Shown piece after piece: positions 1-14,377 of a stretch of 64,000 bases of DNA. The DNA is taken from NCBI RefSeq assembly GCF_009914755.1, contig NC_060935.1, one strand, 5' to 3'. The translations under genes and the position numbers were made by a program. Below the pieces are notes generated by a model. It was given only the letters and a program-made list of their open reading frames with translations. It ran no database searches and had not been told where the DNA came from. Position 1 is the stretch's first letter, and every line of letters starts with the position of its first letter. Origin of the DNA: the human T2T-CHM13v2.0 reference genome, Homo sapiens.

Positions 1-565
1 CATATTTTCTAAGAAGGGTAACATGGGATGTTTCATACATTGACTGCCAAAAAGTCATAGAAAATAGAAAATTAATTTATTTGTGCTAATGTGGCAACAT
101 CACTCTGTAAAATCAGTTATTCATTAAGCATCTACTATGTACCCAGGGTCTTTGCTAAGTATTAGGAATAAGAGAGAGACAAGATAGTGCTCTTGTCCTC
201 AGTGACCTAGTAGGGGACACAAATATACACTACTCAAAAAAAGAGTCTATATTTTACAAACTCTATTCAATTATTGAGTTATTAATTTCTTTACATAAGG
301 CTTAACAGCACAAATTTTAGAGTAAGTGAAATAAATCATTTGTTTTTTAACTAGTGCCAAAATTTTTAATTTTTTTCTTTATAATGGAACTAATATAAGT
401 TAATTTAGGAAATATAGAAGATATGTATAATTAAAAGTAAAGGAAAAAAGAAAAAATAAAGTAAAATAAAGTGAATCCTTCATCTGTAGATAACCTTCAT
501 GAAAATTTTGGACGTACTCACCCACACTATCTTCTAAAAATACATAAACACATAGAGAACAATAC

Positions 566-981
566 TGTCTTAGCCTATTTGTGTTGCTATAAAGGAATAC
601 CTGATGCTGAGTAATTTATAAAGAATAAAGGTTTATTTGACTCTTGGTTCTGCAGGCTGTACAAGTAGCATGGCATCAGCATCTGCTTCTGATGAGGGCT
701 TCAGAGAGCTTCTACTCATGGTGGAAGGCCAAGGGGGATGAGGCACTACATACTGAGAGAAGAAAGAGAAGGATGGGAAGGAGGTACTAGGCTCTTTTTA
801 ACACAGAGATCTGGTGGGAACTATAGAGCAAGAACTCACTCATTACCCTAAGGATGGCATCAAACTGGTCATAAGACATCTGCCCCCATGACCCAAACAC
901 CTCCCAACGGACTCCACCTGCAACATTGGGAATCAAATTTTAACATGAGATTTGGAGGGAAAAAATATCCAAACTATATAA
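566..981 (-). mobile_element. MSTB-like MaLR solo LTR
   Basis: Reverse-complemented MST motifs (tgtcttag...gttgctataaaggaatacctga, gtaatttataaag, catgagatttggaggg...aaactatat). 5-bp TSD aatac at 561-565 and 982-986. Confidence 0.85.
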
Positions 982-1074
982 AATACTTGCTGTGACACAA
1001 TTTTTTGAACTTAGTTGTTGTTTTTCTTGTCTTTATTTTCTACAGGAATATTCATGCCCTGATATATTTTAAAA

Positions 1075-1918
1075 TTAAAATTTTTGTTAAGATAATTATA
1101 GACTTACTTGCAATTGTAAATATGTATATATCCATTACTTTTAATAGCAAAAACCGCAATTACTTTTGCACCAACCTATAATATACAGAGATATCTTATA
1201 CACTTTACACAGTTTCACCCAATGGAAATATTTCATAAAACTATAGTACAATATCACAAACAGGATACTGGCATTGGTACCACACAATGATATCACTCAT
1301 ATTTCCCATTTTACTTGTCCTCATTTTTGTGTGTGTATGTACATGTATATCATGTGTATATAGGAGAATTTTGTTCTATACAATTTTATCATGTACGTAG
1401 GTTCCAGTTTCTACTATCGGAGTCAAGATACTGAACAGCTGAATCGCAAGGACACCTCTTGTCCTTTTATAACCCCACCCACCTCATCTCATCCCCACCT
1501 CTATCTCTACCCTCTGATAACCACAAATCTGTCCTCTATTTCTAAAATTTTGTCATTTCAAAATGTTATGTAAATGGAATCAATCATATATTATGTAACC
1601 TTTTTGTTTTGGCTTTTTCTACGCAGCATAATTCCCTGAAGAGTCATCCAACTTATGTATATATTAATAGTTTCTTCCTTTTTGTTGCTGAGTAGTATTC
1701 CATGGTACTAATATACCACAGATTGTTTAACTGTTCACCTACTGAATGAGCTGGTTCCAGATTTTGGCTATTAAAAATAAACTGCTGTGAACATTCACAT
1801 ATAAGATTTTGTGTGACCATATGGTAATTGCATGTTTCGTTTTATAAGAAAGTATTCAACCTTTTCCCACAGCGGCTGTGCTATTTTACTTTCCCACCAG
1901 CAATGAATGAATGACCCA
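1075..1918 (-). mobile_element. Old L1 (L1MC-like) 3' end fragment
   Basis: Typical reverse L1M 3' motifs (ttgctgagtagtattccatgg, ataaactgctgtgaacattc, ttcccaccagcaatg). Interrupted by a half MADE1. Confidence 0.75.
1132..1180. mobile_element. Half MADE1 (Hsmar1-derived MITE)
   Basis: ccattacttttaatagcaaaaaccgcaattacttttgcaccaacct matches the right half of MADE1. Confidence 0.85.
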
Positions 1919-2007
1919 GTCTAGTTGCAAGTTCAGGATCTGCTACATGTTAACCAGGTGAACTTAGGCAAGCTACTTTATTACTTTTAGGCTTCGCTTC
2001 CTCAGCA

Positions 2008-2309
2008 TTTTTTTTTTTTTTTTTTGAGACTGGACAGCCTCGCTCTGTCGCCCAGGCTGCAGTGCAGTGGCTTGATCTCTGCTCACTGCAACCTCCGCCT
2101 TCCAGGTTCACGCCATTCTCCTGACTCAGCCTCCTAAGTAGCTGGGACTACAGGCACCCACCACCACACCCGGCTAATTTTTTGTATTTTTAGTAGAGAC
2201 GGGGTTTCACCATGTTAGCCAGGATGGTCTCAATCTCCTGACCTCATGATGTACCCGCCTCGGCCTCCCAAAGTGCTGGAATTACAGGTGTGAGCCACCG
2301 CGCCCGGCC
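2008..2309 (-). mobile_element. Alu (AluY/Sc-like) inserted in a MIR
   Basis: Poly-T followed by a full reverse Alu, with ttcacgccattc and ttagccaggatggtctc. TSD ttcctcagc. Confidence 0.95.
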
Positions 2310-2609
2310 TGTTTCCTCAGCTTTTAATCCGAGGATCACAATATGTTTTTAGGGCTGTTACTGGGATTAAAAGAGATATATGTGTGAAACAAAAAGTCAA
2401 AAAGTAGTAACAGAGTATAGAGTAATGGCTAAGAAGACACATTGCATATTAAAGAGCCTTATTTTATGAATAAATGTTTGCAGTAAGGAGGAAAATGCCT
2501 GGAGTTAAGCAGGAAGACTGGATATTAGAAAGGAAGAGAATATAAAGTATAGATTAGTGCCATTTTTGCTTAATAAGGTCATAAACGCTAGATAGAGGTA
2601 TTTTATTTT

Positions 2610-3040
2610 AATGTGTAAAAATCCTAGGCTCTGAAATCAGACTGTCTGGATTTGAATTCCACCTCTATCTCTTACTATATGGCTTAGGTAGGTTACTTAT
2701 CTTCTTTGTGCTTTAATACTTTTATCTATAAAATTATAATATGACTAATATTTACTTCATCAATCTGTTGTGAAGATTAAAAGTGTTGATACACATAATG
2801 AAGTTAGACTTATGCCTACAACAAAATAATTATTAACCATTATCATTTTTAAATGTCTGCTTTGTCTCCCTTCTATGTATTCGCTGTATGACCTTGGATA
2901 AATCATGTAACAATTGCTGTGTCTCAGTTTCCTTATCTGTACAAAAGAATAAAATATTATAGAACTATGATAAAGATTAAATGTGATAACATATTTAAGA
3001 TGTTTGGTACATAGCAAACATGATATAAATGTTAGCTCCC
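2610..3040 (+). mobile_element. Two MIR fragments
   Basis: MIR core motifs (ggctctgaaatcagac, tgaccttgg, tctcagtttccttatctgt, gtgaagattaaa). Confidence 0.7.
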
Positions 3041-3869
3041 TTCCCTTCCTAATCATCAATTATGTCACTATATTGTAACCAGACATTTTTCTCATTTCTC
3101 CCAGGAGTAAGGCAGTCACCTGTCACTTTTCCCAAGAGTATGCCTTTGTACAGCTGCTTAACTTGCTGCGTGAAGTTTAGAGTACAGAAGCTTTGCACCA
3201 AAGTATACTTTAATAGTTCACAAGTGTCTTTATGCTCAATTTCTAGTAATAGACTGTTTTTGAAAATTCATTCCTAAAAATGTGTGTCTCTCAACTAGGA
3301 CAAAGTTGCTATAGTGATGATTACTTATTTTTTCCAGAGGGAAATAAATTAGGTAAACACAACCATATTATCATCTTGTCTAACAGTATATTAAAGAAGA
3401 AAGACTAGGCTCTTTATAAGTGGGTATAAAGCACAGCAGGTAGAGTGGAGATTCCTGGCAGAACTTATAGGCTCTGGTGTTATAAATTCCATGAAACATG
3501 GGGCCTAGGCAACCCTATGAAGTAGATAATTTGGGTCTGTAAACTCAAAATTAATAAGATCTCAAATAGACTTCCTCTGAGAAGCATGGTGGTACCTTGT
3601 CACGTCCATTTGACTCAGCTGTTTTGATTCAGGAGCATTTTGATATTTGGGCATTTTGACACCTCCTAAAAGCAAACAATTAAGCTTTCAGCTTTTATGA
3701 TAACTGTGTAACTTGTATTAAAACAGGAACATCATCCCTAAGTCTTAACCCTTTGTGATGGGGTCAAGGATGAGATGGAGGAGAGCTTAAACATCTCACA
3801 AGAGCACCGAAGTATATATTTTATTAAGATTTCTTCTGTATATCCCACAGAAAGCACAGCTCAGGAGTC

Positions 3870-5225
3870 AAATCTAAACTCATCACTTTCTCCCCTGATC
3901 CCACTCTCATTTCTCCCCCTTACCGACCCTACTCTAAATATGGTTTTCCTTATATTTGTAAATGGTACCATCATCCACACTTTCAACCAGAAGTTAACTC
4001 CTCCCTCTTCATAACCAATCCTTTATAATAGGCCTGAGTCTTCTCCAGTATATTTCCTATGTGCTTCTTAAATCTCTCATTTCCTTTTCCTCCCTTCTGC
4101 CAATGATTTTGTTAAGGTCCTGATTATCTTTCAACTGATCACTGTAATACTCTCCAAATTGGTATCTCTGACTCCAGTCTCAATCAATGATCACTTATTC
4201 ATTCAGTCAACAAATATTTATTATTATTATATGTTAAGCTCTGAATATACAACGGTGAGCAAGGTAGCCATGGTTCCCACTCTTGTGGACTTTATAGCTT
4301 TCACAAAAAGAGAATTAAATTATTGATAGCACAAAGTGTGGTAAATGCTATGATTCACTCATCTAAAAACTACTGTTAGGCAGAATCTACTAATGTATAA
4401 AGGCACTGTTCTAGTCCCTGAGGATATAGAAATGAATGACAGACAAGGATCCTGTCCAGGAATAAATACATAATTTTAAAAATATGATAGTTTCAAGTAA
4501 TGGCGAGTGCTATTTAAAACATAATAAATAGTAATATGATAGAGCACAAGTGGAAGATGTAAGGATAGCTAAGTAGTCTTGGTGGTAAAGGAAGGATTTT
4601 CTGACTTAAGCTAAGACCAGAATGATGAGAAGAAAACCAGCCATGAAGAGATCCAGAGGAAAGTATCCCATACAGAAGAAAAAATCAATGTAAAAGCTGT
4701 TAGGGACAAGCTGAGACACAATGAGCAAGGAAATAAGTGGCAGGAGATGAAGTCGGAAAGCTCCATAGAGAATATATTATGTATATCTTTACAGAACATG
4801 TCAAAAGATTTGGATTTTTATCCTAAGTGTAGTAGAATGCCATTTAAAACAGAGAAATGACATGATCAAACTTACATTTTTAAAGAAGACTTCTGACTGC
4901 TGTGGTAAAAATGGATACCAGGAGCAAAAGTAGAATTAGGAAGGCCAGTAAGTCAACTCCTAAAGTACTCTAAGCAAGACATCATGTTGGCTTGGACTAG
5001 AGCAGTAGCAGTGGCATATACAAGAAGTATAAATATGGTCAAGTTATATTTAGAGTTAGAGACAGTGAGACTTGATGATAGATTAGACGCGGGGATGAAA
5101 AGAAAGTGGAATCAAAAATGACTCATCAGAGTTTAGCATGAGAAACCTCGGTATATGGTGGTGCCATTACCAGGGATGAGAAAGTTAGAAATAAAAGGAT
5201 AGCAAAAGAGAAATTAAAAGTTTTC
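3870..5225. mobile_element. L2 fragments (both orientations)
   Basis: aatggtaccatcatccac (+); ttcagtcaacaaatatttatt, gatttggattttatcctaagtg, ttggcttggactagagcagtagcagtgg (-). Confidence 0.7.
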
Positions 5226-5230
5226 TTTTG

Positions 5231-5537
5231 GGTCAGGTACAATGGCTCGTGCCTGTAATCCCAGCACTTTGGAAGGCCAAAGAAGGAGGATGGCTTGAGG
5301 TCAGGAGTTTGATACCAGCCTTGGCAACATAGCAAGACCTGTCTCTACCTAAATAAAAAAAAATAAAAAATAAATTAAAAAAAATAGCCAGACATGGTGG
5401 CATGTACCTGTAGTCCCAGCTATTCAGGAAGCTGAGGCAGGAAGGTTACTTGAGGCCAGCAGTTCAAGGCAGTGAGATTTCATCACGCGACTACACTCCA
5501 ACCTTAGCAAAAGAACAAGAACTTCTCTCAAAAAAAG
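5231..5537 (+). mobile_element. AluJ-like
   Basis: Diverged full Alu dimer whose tail continues into a GAA repeat. Confidence 0.9.
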
Positions 5538-5600
5538 GAAGAAGGAAGAAGAAGAAGGGAAGAAGAAGAAAGAAGAAGAAGGAGGAAGAAGGAGGGAAGA
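5538..5600 (+). repeat. (GAA)n / purine-rich tract from the Alu tail
   Basis: gaagaaggaagaagaagaagggaagaagaagaa... Confidence 0.85.
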
Positions 5601-7112
5601 TAAAAAGGTTTTCTTTTTGAACAAGTTAAGTTGTTAGGCAAAGTACAGTGCTATGACAATATACAACGGGGGGAAATATAACAAACTAATGGTGTCAGGA
5701 AATGATTCCAATAGAAAATAAGATGTGAAAAAAAAGAATTGAAAAAATCCTCCGTAATAGTCAGTGTAATCTTTATAAAATACACATTTGACTAGAACAT
5801 TTTTCTTAAGATCTGTCACTAATTTTTTTATCTACTACAGCACGATTTCTCTGAATACCCTTTAAGATGTCAATCTCCTCCATCAGACTGTGAGTCCCTT
5901 GGGTGAAGAATTCATTGTTGTTCATTCACAATTTATCACAATAACTAGAAAATAGTAATTGTGACTTCAACCTAAAACACAGTACTTGTTACATTGAACA
6001 TAGAACATAGCCCTGTGTTAAGTGGGTAATCTAGCTGTGTAATTGTCAAGTCGCTTAGTCTCTCTGAGGCTTATTTCTTCAATTATGAAAGACAGAACCT
6101 CTTTAAGATCACCTCCAACTTTAATATTCTATGTTTCTCTGTGATATGTGAAAACTTTACGTTTGAAAGTCATTTGCAATCAATTAGAATTCCAATCCAG
6201 ACTTGTGTGACTCTTAAATGTGCTACACAGTTTCTCAACACCTCTGTTTCTTCATGTGTGAAATAAAAAATTAAAATATTGCTCCACTTCATAGAAAATC
6301 TCATTGATGACATAAACCATATTTAAATGTCAAATGATTAAAATAGTAAGCAAAATTCTGCAAATGAAAGAACATTTTTTCTTAAATGATTTGTGATCAG
6401 AAATGAGACTTGTTGCCTGCTAAATTATGCCTTACTACATTTGGAAGGAATATGTTCATAACTAATGATTTCTCTTTGTTTTGTCTTTTATCAAGCTGTT
6501 CTTTGGTGTGTGTGAATCATTACAAGAACAACAAAGTAAGCCCTAATTTTTTCAGGAGTATGTTTGTGAAATACAACACAAATGTACAACCTCTTCCAGC
6601 TCTTTATATTCTTCACCAGCCTTCTCTATTTTGTTTTTACCATTGTATCAAATCTCCAATTTTTAAATATTCACCAATGGCAAAGTATGATTTTATGTAG
6701 AACCAACTTTTCAAGAACATTATATCCTATTATATGATATTCACTCTATGTTCAATAATTTTACTTCATTCACCTACTACCTCAATGTGTTTTACAGTGG
6801 AAAATTTTAACTCCAACTTAAAAAAATGCTACCAAAATCAAAAATCTTTTGGAAACACAACAGAAATGAAACATAATTCAAGAAATCTAAAAATATAAAC
6901 TGGAAAAACGTATACTGAAATGGAATGAACAGGGGTAGGAATGCCAGCACTGGTAGGAGTTATCCTTGACCACGACATTTGCAGCTATAGCTGAGTAAAA
7001 AAAAAAGTTAATCCCAGTGGAATTGCTCTATGGCTAACAGGCAGTATGTAAAGAGTGTTATAATATCAGTTTGTTTTCAGGATAATACACCCTTTTAAAA
7101 GCTAGACACATT

Positions 7113-7370
7113 TTGGTGGAAACTGGCTAACATTCACCAATCCTACTACCTTTGCTTCCTTAGGCACAGTTAGATTCTACTACCAAGATCCTTTGGAGCT
7201 AGGTGCAGCCAGATGTCCAAATTGTGGCCAGTGGAATATGGATAAATCTTCTCCACAAGGCAACATGCATGCCCTCGACAAGAGCTATGCCCATCTCTTC
7301 TGGCTGCCAGGCCAGTAAATAAAAGATCTCTGGTCTATGTTCATGAGACAGCTGGTGGGAAGGAACACAG
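7113..7370. mobile_element. Possible old MLT1-type LTR fragment
   Basis: gctaggtgcagccagatgtccaaattgtggccagtggaatatg resembles an old MLT1 motif. Confidence 0.4.
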
Positions 7371-7438
7371 CAGCTACCTGTTATAGGCTTCTGTCTTTGA
7401 TTTTGCATAACTATGCTTCTAATACATTTACTAGAAAG

Positions 7439-7518
7439 TTAAGTTGGTACAAAAGTAATTGTGGTTCTTGTAGTTACTTTTAATAGCAAAAGCCACAATT
7501 ACTTTTGCACCAACCTAA
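7439..7518. mobile_element. Full-length MADE1 MITE
   Basis: 80-bp palindrome ttaagttggtacaaaagtaattg...caattacttttgcaccaacctaa followed by TA. Confidence 0.92.
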
Positions 7519-8046
7519 TAGTGTATATTGCCTTTCTTAGCAAAAACTGTACTTGCCAGAACCATTGCTGAGAAGATTTATAACTTTGTTTACAAGGTTA
7601 AAAATAAAATATAACCATGAGAATAAAAAGGATTAGGAGGTTGAATTTAAAACATTAAAACCAAAAATAAAATAAGAGAAAGAACAGATAAAACAACATA
7701 AATCTGGGGAATAAAAGTGTACTAAAACAATGATAGACCAACATCTACAAATTCTACCAAAAATGCTGTACCTGGTAGATATTAAATAGCATATGCTGTT
7801 GAGGAATTCAATATCTTGAAATCAGGACAAATACTATCTGCAAAGAGGAGTAGTTAAAAGATTTAATGTAAAGGATTTTGGATGGTGGGGAGAAACAATT
7901 ACAAGGAAACAGGCAGAAATGGACTCCAGACATGTTTTTGAGAGGGTTTAGACTCTCCCATCTCCTGGACAAATCCAGAAGCCATACCTCTGGAGAAGAG
8001 CCACAACAAAGCCCATTGTGATAGGAGTCTCAAAATTGAAAGCACT

Positions 8047-8344
<298 letters not shown>

Positions 8345-9439
8345 GATTGAAAGCACTAATCAGAACAGGCACACCTCATTTAAAAAGAGACACATTCCTA
8401 AAAGTGGTATAGAGTTTTAATTTTTATTTTTTCTTTTAAACACACAATTTCCTTTTTTAGAACCTAACACAGTGGGCACTCTATAAAAATTTTGGGATTG
8501 ATGAAACCATTGATGGAGGAAACCATGGAGGCTTTCCATCCATTACTCACACATTGCTCTATATATTATGTACACTGCCTCTAATCTACAGATGAGAAAT
8601 TTTAGGCACAGAGATATTAAACAACTTGCCCAAAGCCACAAATATGTCTGCTGACTCTAAAACCCATTGTTTACAACTTGTGGCTTTGTTTGTTAAAAGA
8701 TCCCTTCCTCTTTAAGTAAAAGAGCAAATTTTACCTTACAAACCATCAGACCCTAAATTAATCTACCTGAAAAATAAAATGTTGGTATGGTGTTTTGAGT
8801 TGTTTCAAAGTGAGACACATTAAGGACAAAGTATTTGAGAACATTTAAAGGTCTTTTAACTTCATTAGGGATTTTAAGTCTGATAGATTTAACATGCCTC
8901 TACAAAATGTACAATCTAATCATGTTGAAAGATCAAATCTAGAATAAGCCCTATCAATTAGCACAAGAATAACAGTGCCATTTGTTGCCATTGGAGGAAA
9001 TGGTTTTGTTATAGATTTCTAAGAGAAATTAGTTAGATTTTACTTTGAAGGCCATAAAATGTTGTTTATATTCTTTTTCAAATAACAATTCTTGTAATAA
9101 GATAACAAAGACATACTGCTTTGTAATTCTTATGAAAATAAATTTGTTAATAATCACTTAAAATAATAGCTTCCATTTGTTTAGTAAATATCGATCAGGT
9201 AAATGTTCTAGGCACTTTATAAACATCTTATTTAATCCTTGCTACAACTATTTAAGATAAAATACTATTTTTCACATTTTATAGGTTCATTAAGGCTTAA
9301 ATAACTAAAATTATGTAGCGTGAATCATACAACCACAGATGCATCTTATTCTAAAGCCCATGCTATCTCCATTGTGTCCTAACTGGAGCTACCTTAAAAG
9401 AAATATTACTCAGTGACAACTCCAGTTTGAAGGGATATA

Positions 9440-9444
<5 letters not shown>

Positions 9445-9477
<33 letters not shown>
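9445..9477. repeat. (TG)n microsatellite
   Basis: About 16 TG units. Confidence 0.95.
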
Positions 9478-9479
<2 letters not shown>

Positions 9480-9917
9480 ATATATTGATATATAATATTT
9501 TAAAATTTAGAATGTAAATTTGTTTTAAAATGAAAAACTTCTAAGAAAAAGCTTTGTATATCAAAGACAATAAATACATTCTGCCATTTGAATAAAATCT
9601 TTTAGTCTAATGAATCACGGCAATTTTACGTTATTTAAAAAGAGAAAGGCAACACAGTGTGCATTGGTCATAAGTTGAAAATATTCCATTGTAAAGTCAA
9701 AAAATCATAAATAGAACCATTATAAATTAAAGACCAACTGTACAGAAGTTCTAATCTGCCATTTAATTGACTAGTTGTATAACTAATCTTACAATTTTCA
9801 CTTTAAGTCTTCAAACTTCACCCATACTGATAATCTAGCTTTCACTTCTTTATTTAACAAATACTAAATTCTAGAAACATTGACAGACTCCAAGAATACT
9901 ATGATGAAAAACACATT

Positions 9918-10325
9918 TGTTATGGACTGAATTGTGTCTCCCCTGCCCCCTGCCCAAACTAATATGTTGAAATTCTAACTCCCAGTACTTCAGAATGTGA
10001 CTATATTTAGAGATGGGGTCTTTAAAGAGGAAATCAAGTTAAATGAGGTAATTAGGGTGGAACCTAATCCAATATGACTGGTGACTTTATAAGAAAAGGA
10101 GAAGATTAGGACACAGATACAGAAGGAAGACCATATGACAATACAAGGGGAAGATAGCCATCTGCAAGCCAAGGAGAGAGGTCCCAAAGAAACCAACCTT
10201 GCCAACCATTGCCAACCACCTTGATCTTGGAATATTAGCTTCAAGAATTGTGAGAAAATAAATTTTTGCTCTTGAAACAATTGAATTTGTGATATTTATT
10301 ATGGCAGCTCTAGAAAACTAATACA
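9918..10325 (+). mobile_element. MLT1B-like MaLR solo LTR
   Basis: tgttatggactgaattgtgtc...cagaatgtgactatatttagagat...gcagctctagaaaactaataca, with TG...CA ends. Confidence 0.88.
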
Positions 10326-11035
10326 TATTTCATGATTTATTTGTGTTCCCTCAGTCATTACCCTAAACATTAAAGTAAAAATTTGAAGCTTAAAATTTCT
10401 GAAAAAAAAATTATGAAAAGGTCAAATCCCAAGAAAGCAAAGAAACCATAAGTATTTTTATTTTGGAACTTTAACTGAAATTAGACTTGTACATCAATAA
10501 ATTTGAGAGGGATGAGATAGACAGAAAAGGCAATTGTTTCCCAAACTGATCTTAACCAATCTCTTTGAAAATGTTTTCCCAAAAGTCTAATAATTCTAGG
10601 AATTCTCTGAACTTGGAGGCAGCTTAGAGCAATGGACAGATCGTTGACCTTACAGACAGTTAAATCTCAGTAGCTAGCTGACTCTGGGCAAGTTATTTAG
10701 CATTTCTTAGCCTCGATTGCTAATATGAAAATTAAGAAACTCATAGTTTGACTCAAATGAAATAATCCAAATTAAAGCGATTTTTATACTTGAAAGTACC
10801 TTACAATGTTTTCATGAGGAATAATTTTCCTGCTTTAGCAATCTAAAAAGCCCTATCAGAAAAGGATATCAATGAATTTCTAATCTAAACTAGACTATTG
10901 CTAAGAAACAACATTAAGTTTACCATTTCCTGGAAACTATTCATTTTTAAAACACTACATTCAGTATTCTGGAATTGCCTCAATTCTCCTTGAGCATTCA
11001 AATAATGAGCAGAGACCTTGAGATAAGATTTGGGG

Positions 11036-11440
11036 TGAGAAAGTAAAAATAAATTCAGACACCAAAAATCTGCCCTGACATTCATCAGGCTGGAATAATA
11101 GGCCCAGATAAAGCTGGCTGGAAAGTTAAAAGGAAACACTATTTCACCCAAGGATATGCTGCCATTATAAAGTATCATCACAACCCCTTTCTTTGAATGC
11201 CTACTGCTTTCTTACTGAAAAACTTTGTTCTATAAAATCAAAGACAATCAGAGACTTTGCTTCTGAAATTCTCTCAGTAAAAATGAAATATCCCACTCTT
11301 GTCTGGAGATTCTAAGTCACTTTGACACAGAGAAGTAGCCTCTATTTAGGATCCAGGAAATACCTTCAGATAAGGGTTTGGGGACCCAATATTCAACATC
11401 TATCTTATCTTTATTGCTTCCAAGGAAACAAGTCCATTGC
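11036..11440. mobile_element. Possible old ERV1-type LTR fragment
   Basis: tgagaaagtaaaaataaattcag and ctaagtcactttgacacagagaag resemble MER-class LTRs. Family not resolved. Confidence 0.35.
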
Positions 11441-12497
11441 CACATCCACATCTAAAGCATTTACACATAGCCTTGCTCCTTCCTTTCCTTTGAGCCTATC
11501 AAACACTAATATATTTAAAGTAGTTCCCATTCTTCATTTCTGACTGTGCTTATTTATGCTTCTCTCTCCCTCTCCCTCCTCCTCTTCCTTCCACTCTCTT
11601 TTAAGTCAAACATGGCAGAAGTTGTTTACGTTAATCTTATCAAATGAAACTCAGTCATTATTGATCCTCTTTATTCTGTGTTTTGTTTGTTCAATCAGTA
11701 TCTTCTCTATTATTTCCTTTTTTCCATTTTATTGAATTTATTCTGTCCTTTTTCTAACATGTTAAATTGGATACTTGGCTTATTAATTTTTTTCCTTTCC
11801 TTTTTCTATTTATTTTCCTTGGTTAGAATTTTTATGCTTCCTGAAACAGAGAATTATGTCTTCCATCAATTCTGGAAATTTTTCATCCAGGACTTAAAAA
11901 TTGCTTCTGCCACATTAATTCTAGTCTCTTCTGGAACTCCAATGGGTGATATCAGCTCTTGTCATTCTAATGTCCATGTCTTTTAACCACTCTTTTATGT
12001 TTTTCACCTCTTTGTGATAATTTCTTTAACTCTATCCTTTATTTCATTAATTTATAATTTTCTTTTGTATAATCTTCTTTTTAACCATCTACTTTTTAGT
12101 TATTATAATTTTCATTTTTAGGAGGTCTATTTTGTAATTTTTATTTCCTATTCTGCCCCTTCTTTTTAATTATATCTTATTCCTTTCTTATATTAGAGAG
12201 TACATGCTTTATTTAAACATTTTAAACATTATATGAAGTGTTTAGTGATATTTTCTGGTAAGTCTCACTTATAGTGATTTATTTCTCATGTATTTTGTAG
12301 TTTTCATTCTCAATTTATGTTTTATTAAAGCTGTTTTTAGGTAACTCCATGAAGCCTGGGTTGAAGCTACATTCAGTGAAAGATGATATGCATTTGCTTC
12401 TGCCAATCACCTGAGTGCTTTCGAATTGGAACTACCTAAAGTTTTTTTTTTTTTTTTAGCTCTAGACTGCTCAGACTACAAAAATGACGTAAATTTT

Positions 12498-12790
12498 GAC
12501 TAGGCACAGTGGGTCACGCCTGTAATCCCAGCACTTTGCAAGGCCAAGGTGGGTGGATCACCTGAGGTCGGGAGTTCGAGACCAGCCTGACCAACATGGA
12601 GAAATCCTGTCTCTATTAAAAATACAAAATTAGCCGGGCATGATGGTGCATGCCTGTAATCCCAGCTACTTGGGAGGCTGAGAAAGGAGAATCGCTTGAA
12701 CCCAGGAGGCAGAGGTTGCATGGTGAGCCAAGATCGCACCACTGCACTCCAGCCTGGGCAACAAGAGTGAAACTCCGTTTTAAAAAAAAA
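12498..12790 (+). mobile_element. AluSp-like
   Basis: ggtcgggagttcgagaccagcctgaccaacatggagaaa. TSD aaaatgac(g/a)taaatttt. Confidence 0.93.
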
Positions 12791-13299
12791 TGACATAAAT
12801 TTTAACTTGAAAGCGATATCAGGGCAGCCTTTGTGGTTATCAATTTTCAGAGCAGATATTTCTATTGTTTTCTATGAGAGCCCAGGCTAACACATACCTT
12901 CTTGCCAAGTTGTCTTGCTTATCTTCGTTATTTGACAGGGAGACATTTTTTTTCACCTCTACCCTCATATTAATCATAGAGTTAATTTCTGGCTTTATGT
13001 GGGTTCTCAGAGATATCTTCACATCTGTGTATATACTAGGCTTTTTCTCCTCCACTGCCTGGTCATTAAAACAGGATTACCATAATTAGCAAATGCCCTC
13101 TAGATAGCTATGATATCAGCAACCACCTACAATTCTATTTCCAACTCATCTTCTTTTTTGGCCCCCACAGACTTCCTTTACTTATTTGTGAGCTCACTTA
13201 GGAATTTTAAAATATTGTTGCTACTCCATCAAGTAATTGTAAATATCTTATATTAGAGATTTTTTCAGGACATTTTATCTGCAATTTTGCTGGTAATGA

Positions 13300-14080
13300 A
13301 ACTCAGTTCACTCTTCAACCAACCCCAATCTGGGGCTTTTACTCTCATCATTACATTGAAACTATTCGCACAAAGATAAAACTTAGCTATAATTTTCTAT
13401 GAATCTCAATTTATTTGGCCTCTCAGAAGTTTTCGGTGGAATTGAACTATCTTTCCTTCTTCTCTTTTCTCAGCTTCCATAACTCTATATTCTTTTTGTT
13501 TCCTCCTACCCATGTAGCTTTTTTCTGCCTCCTTTGCTTGCTCTTCCTCCATATTTCTAAACATTGAAACCACTCAGAGCTTGTTTCTAATCATCTCCTC
13601 AATCTACATTCTCATCCTAAGAAATCTTGACCACTTCCATGACTTTATATTATTCACATGCCAACAACTCTTAAATGTGTATCACCAACCCAAAATTATC
13701 CTCTAAATTCCAAATCCACATCTCTAACTACCTACATGTCTGCCTGTACATCGCATAGGGATCTCAAACTTCATCTTCTAATCTAACCCATATCTGCAAA
13801 TGATACATCCATCAACCTACTTATTATTGTCAAAAGTCTAATGGCTAGCCTTGATAACTTCTTCAACTTCTCTGCCACTAACTCACAACCAAACCATTAC
13901 CAAATTCCATAAATATTACCTAAAAATACATATCTTAAATCAACCCACTTCTCTCCAACAGCAGACCAAGTCACCAACATTTCTTACCCACAATATTGCA
14001 ACAGATGTAACTGATTTAACTGTTTACTCAGTAACCAGCACCCTCCACCCCCAATACACAATATCTGTAGTGATTTGAAA
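13300..14080 (+). mobile_element. L2 fragment
   Basis: cactcttcaaccaaccccaatctgg, tttggcctctcagaag, ctcaaactt, caaaccattaccaaattccat. Confidence 0.7.
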
Positions 14081-14112
14081 ATATTAAACTGGCTCATGCT
14101 GCTCTCTAAACC

Positions 14113-14200
14113 AAAAAAATTGTGACTTGCTTTATTGTAATATTCACTTTCTTGCAGTGGTCTGGAACTGAAATCACAATACCTCCAAGCTTTGTTTATA
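14113..14200 (+). mobile_element. Tigger1 3' terminal fragment
   Basis: tgtgacttgctttattgtaatattcactttcttgcagtggtctggaactgaa. Confidence 0.7.
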
Positions 14201-14377
14201 TATGTAACTTCTCATAAGCTTCTTAACTCTTCTCAGACTCAAATTTTGACATTTATTAAATAAGGATAGTAAAAATACCTAACTCAGAATTATTGTGACA
14301 ATTAAATTAGATAATTTAGATAATTTGTATATAGTACCTAGCACAGTACCTAGCCCACAGTAAGCCCCCAGTACATT

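Noticed and set aside
2484-3225. Plus-strand exon-like pieces (2484-2546 and from 3105; SKAVTCHFSQEYAFVQLLNLLREV)
   Set aside because: One good acceptor but weak donors and several stops; not distinguishable from chance.
6436-6715. Minus-strand protein-like snippets (YNGKNKIEKAGEEYKELEE, KEQLDKRQNKEK)
   Set aside because: They need frameshifts and non-canonical splice sites; too weak without a homology search.
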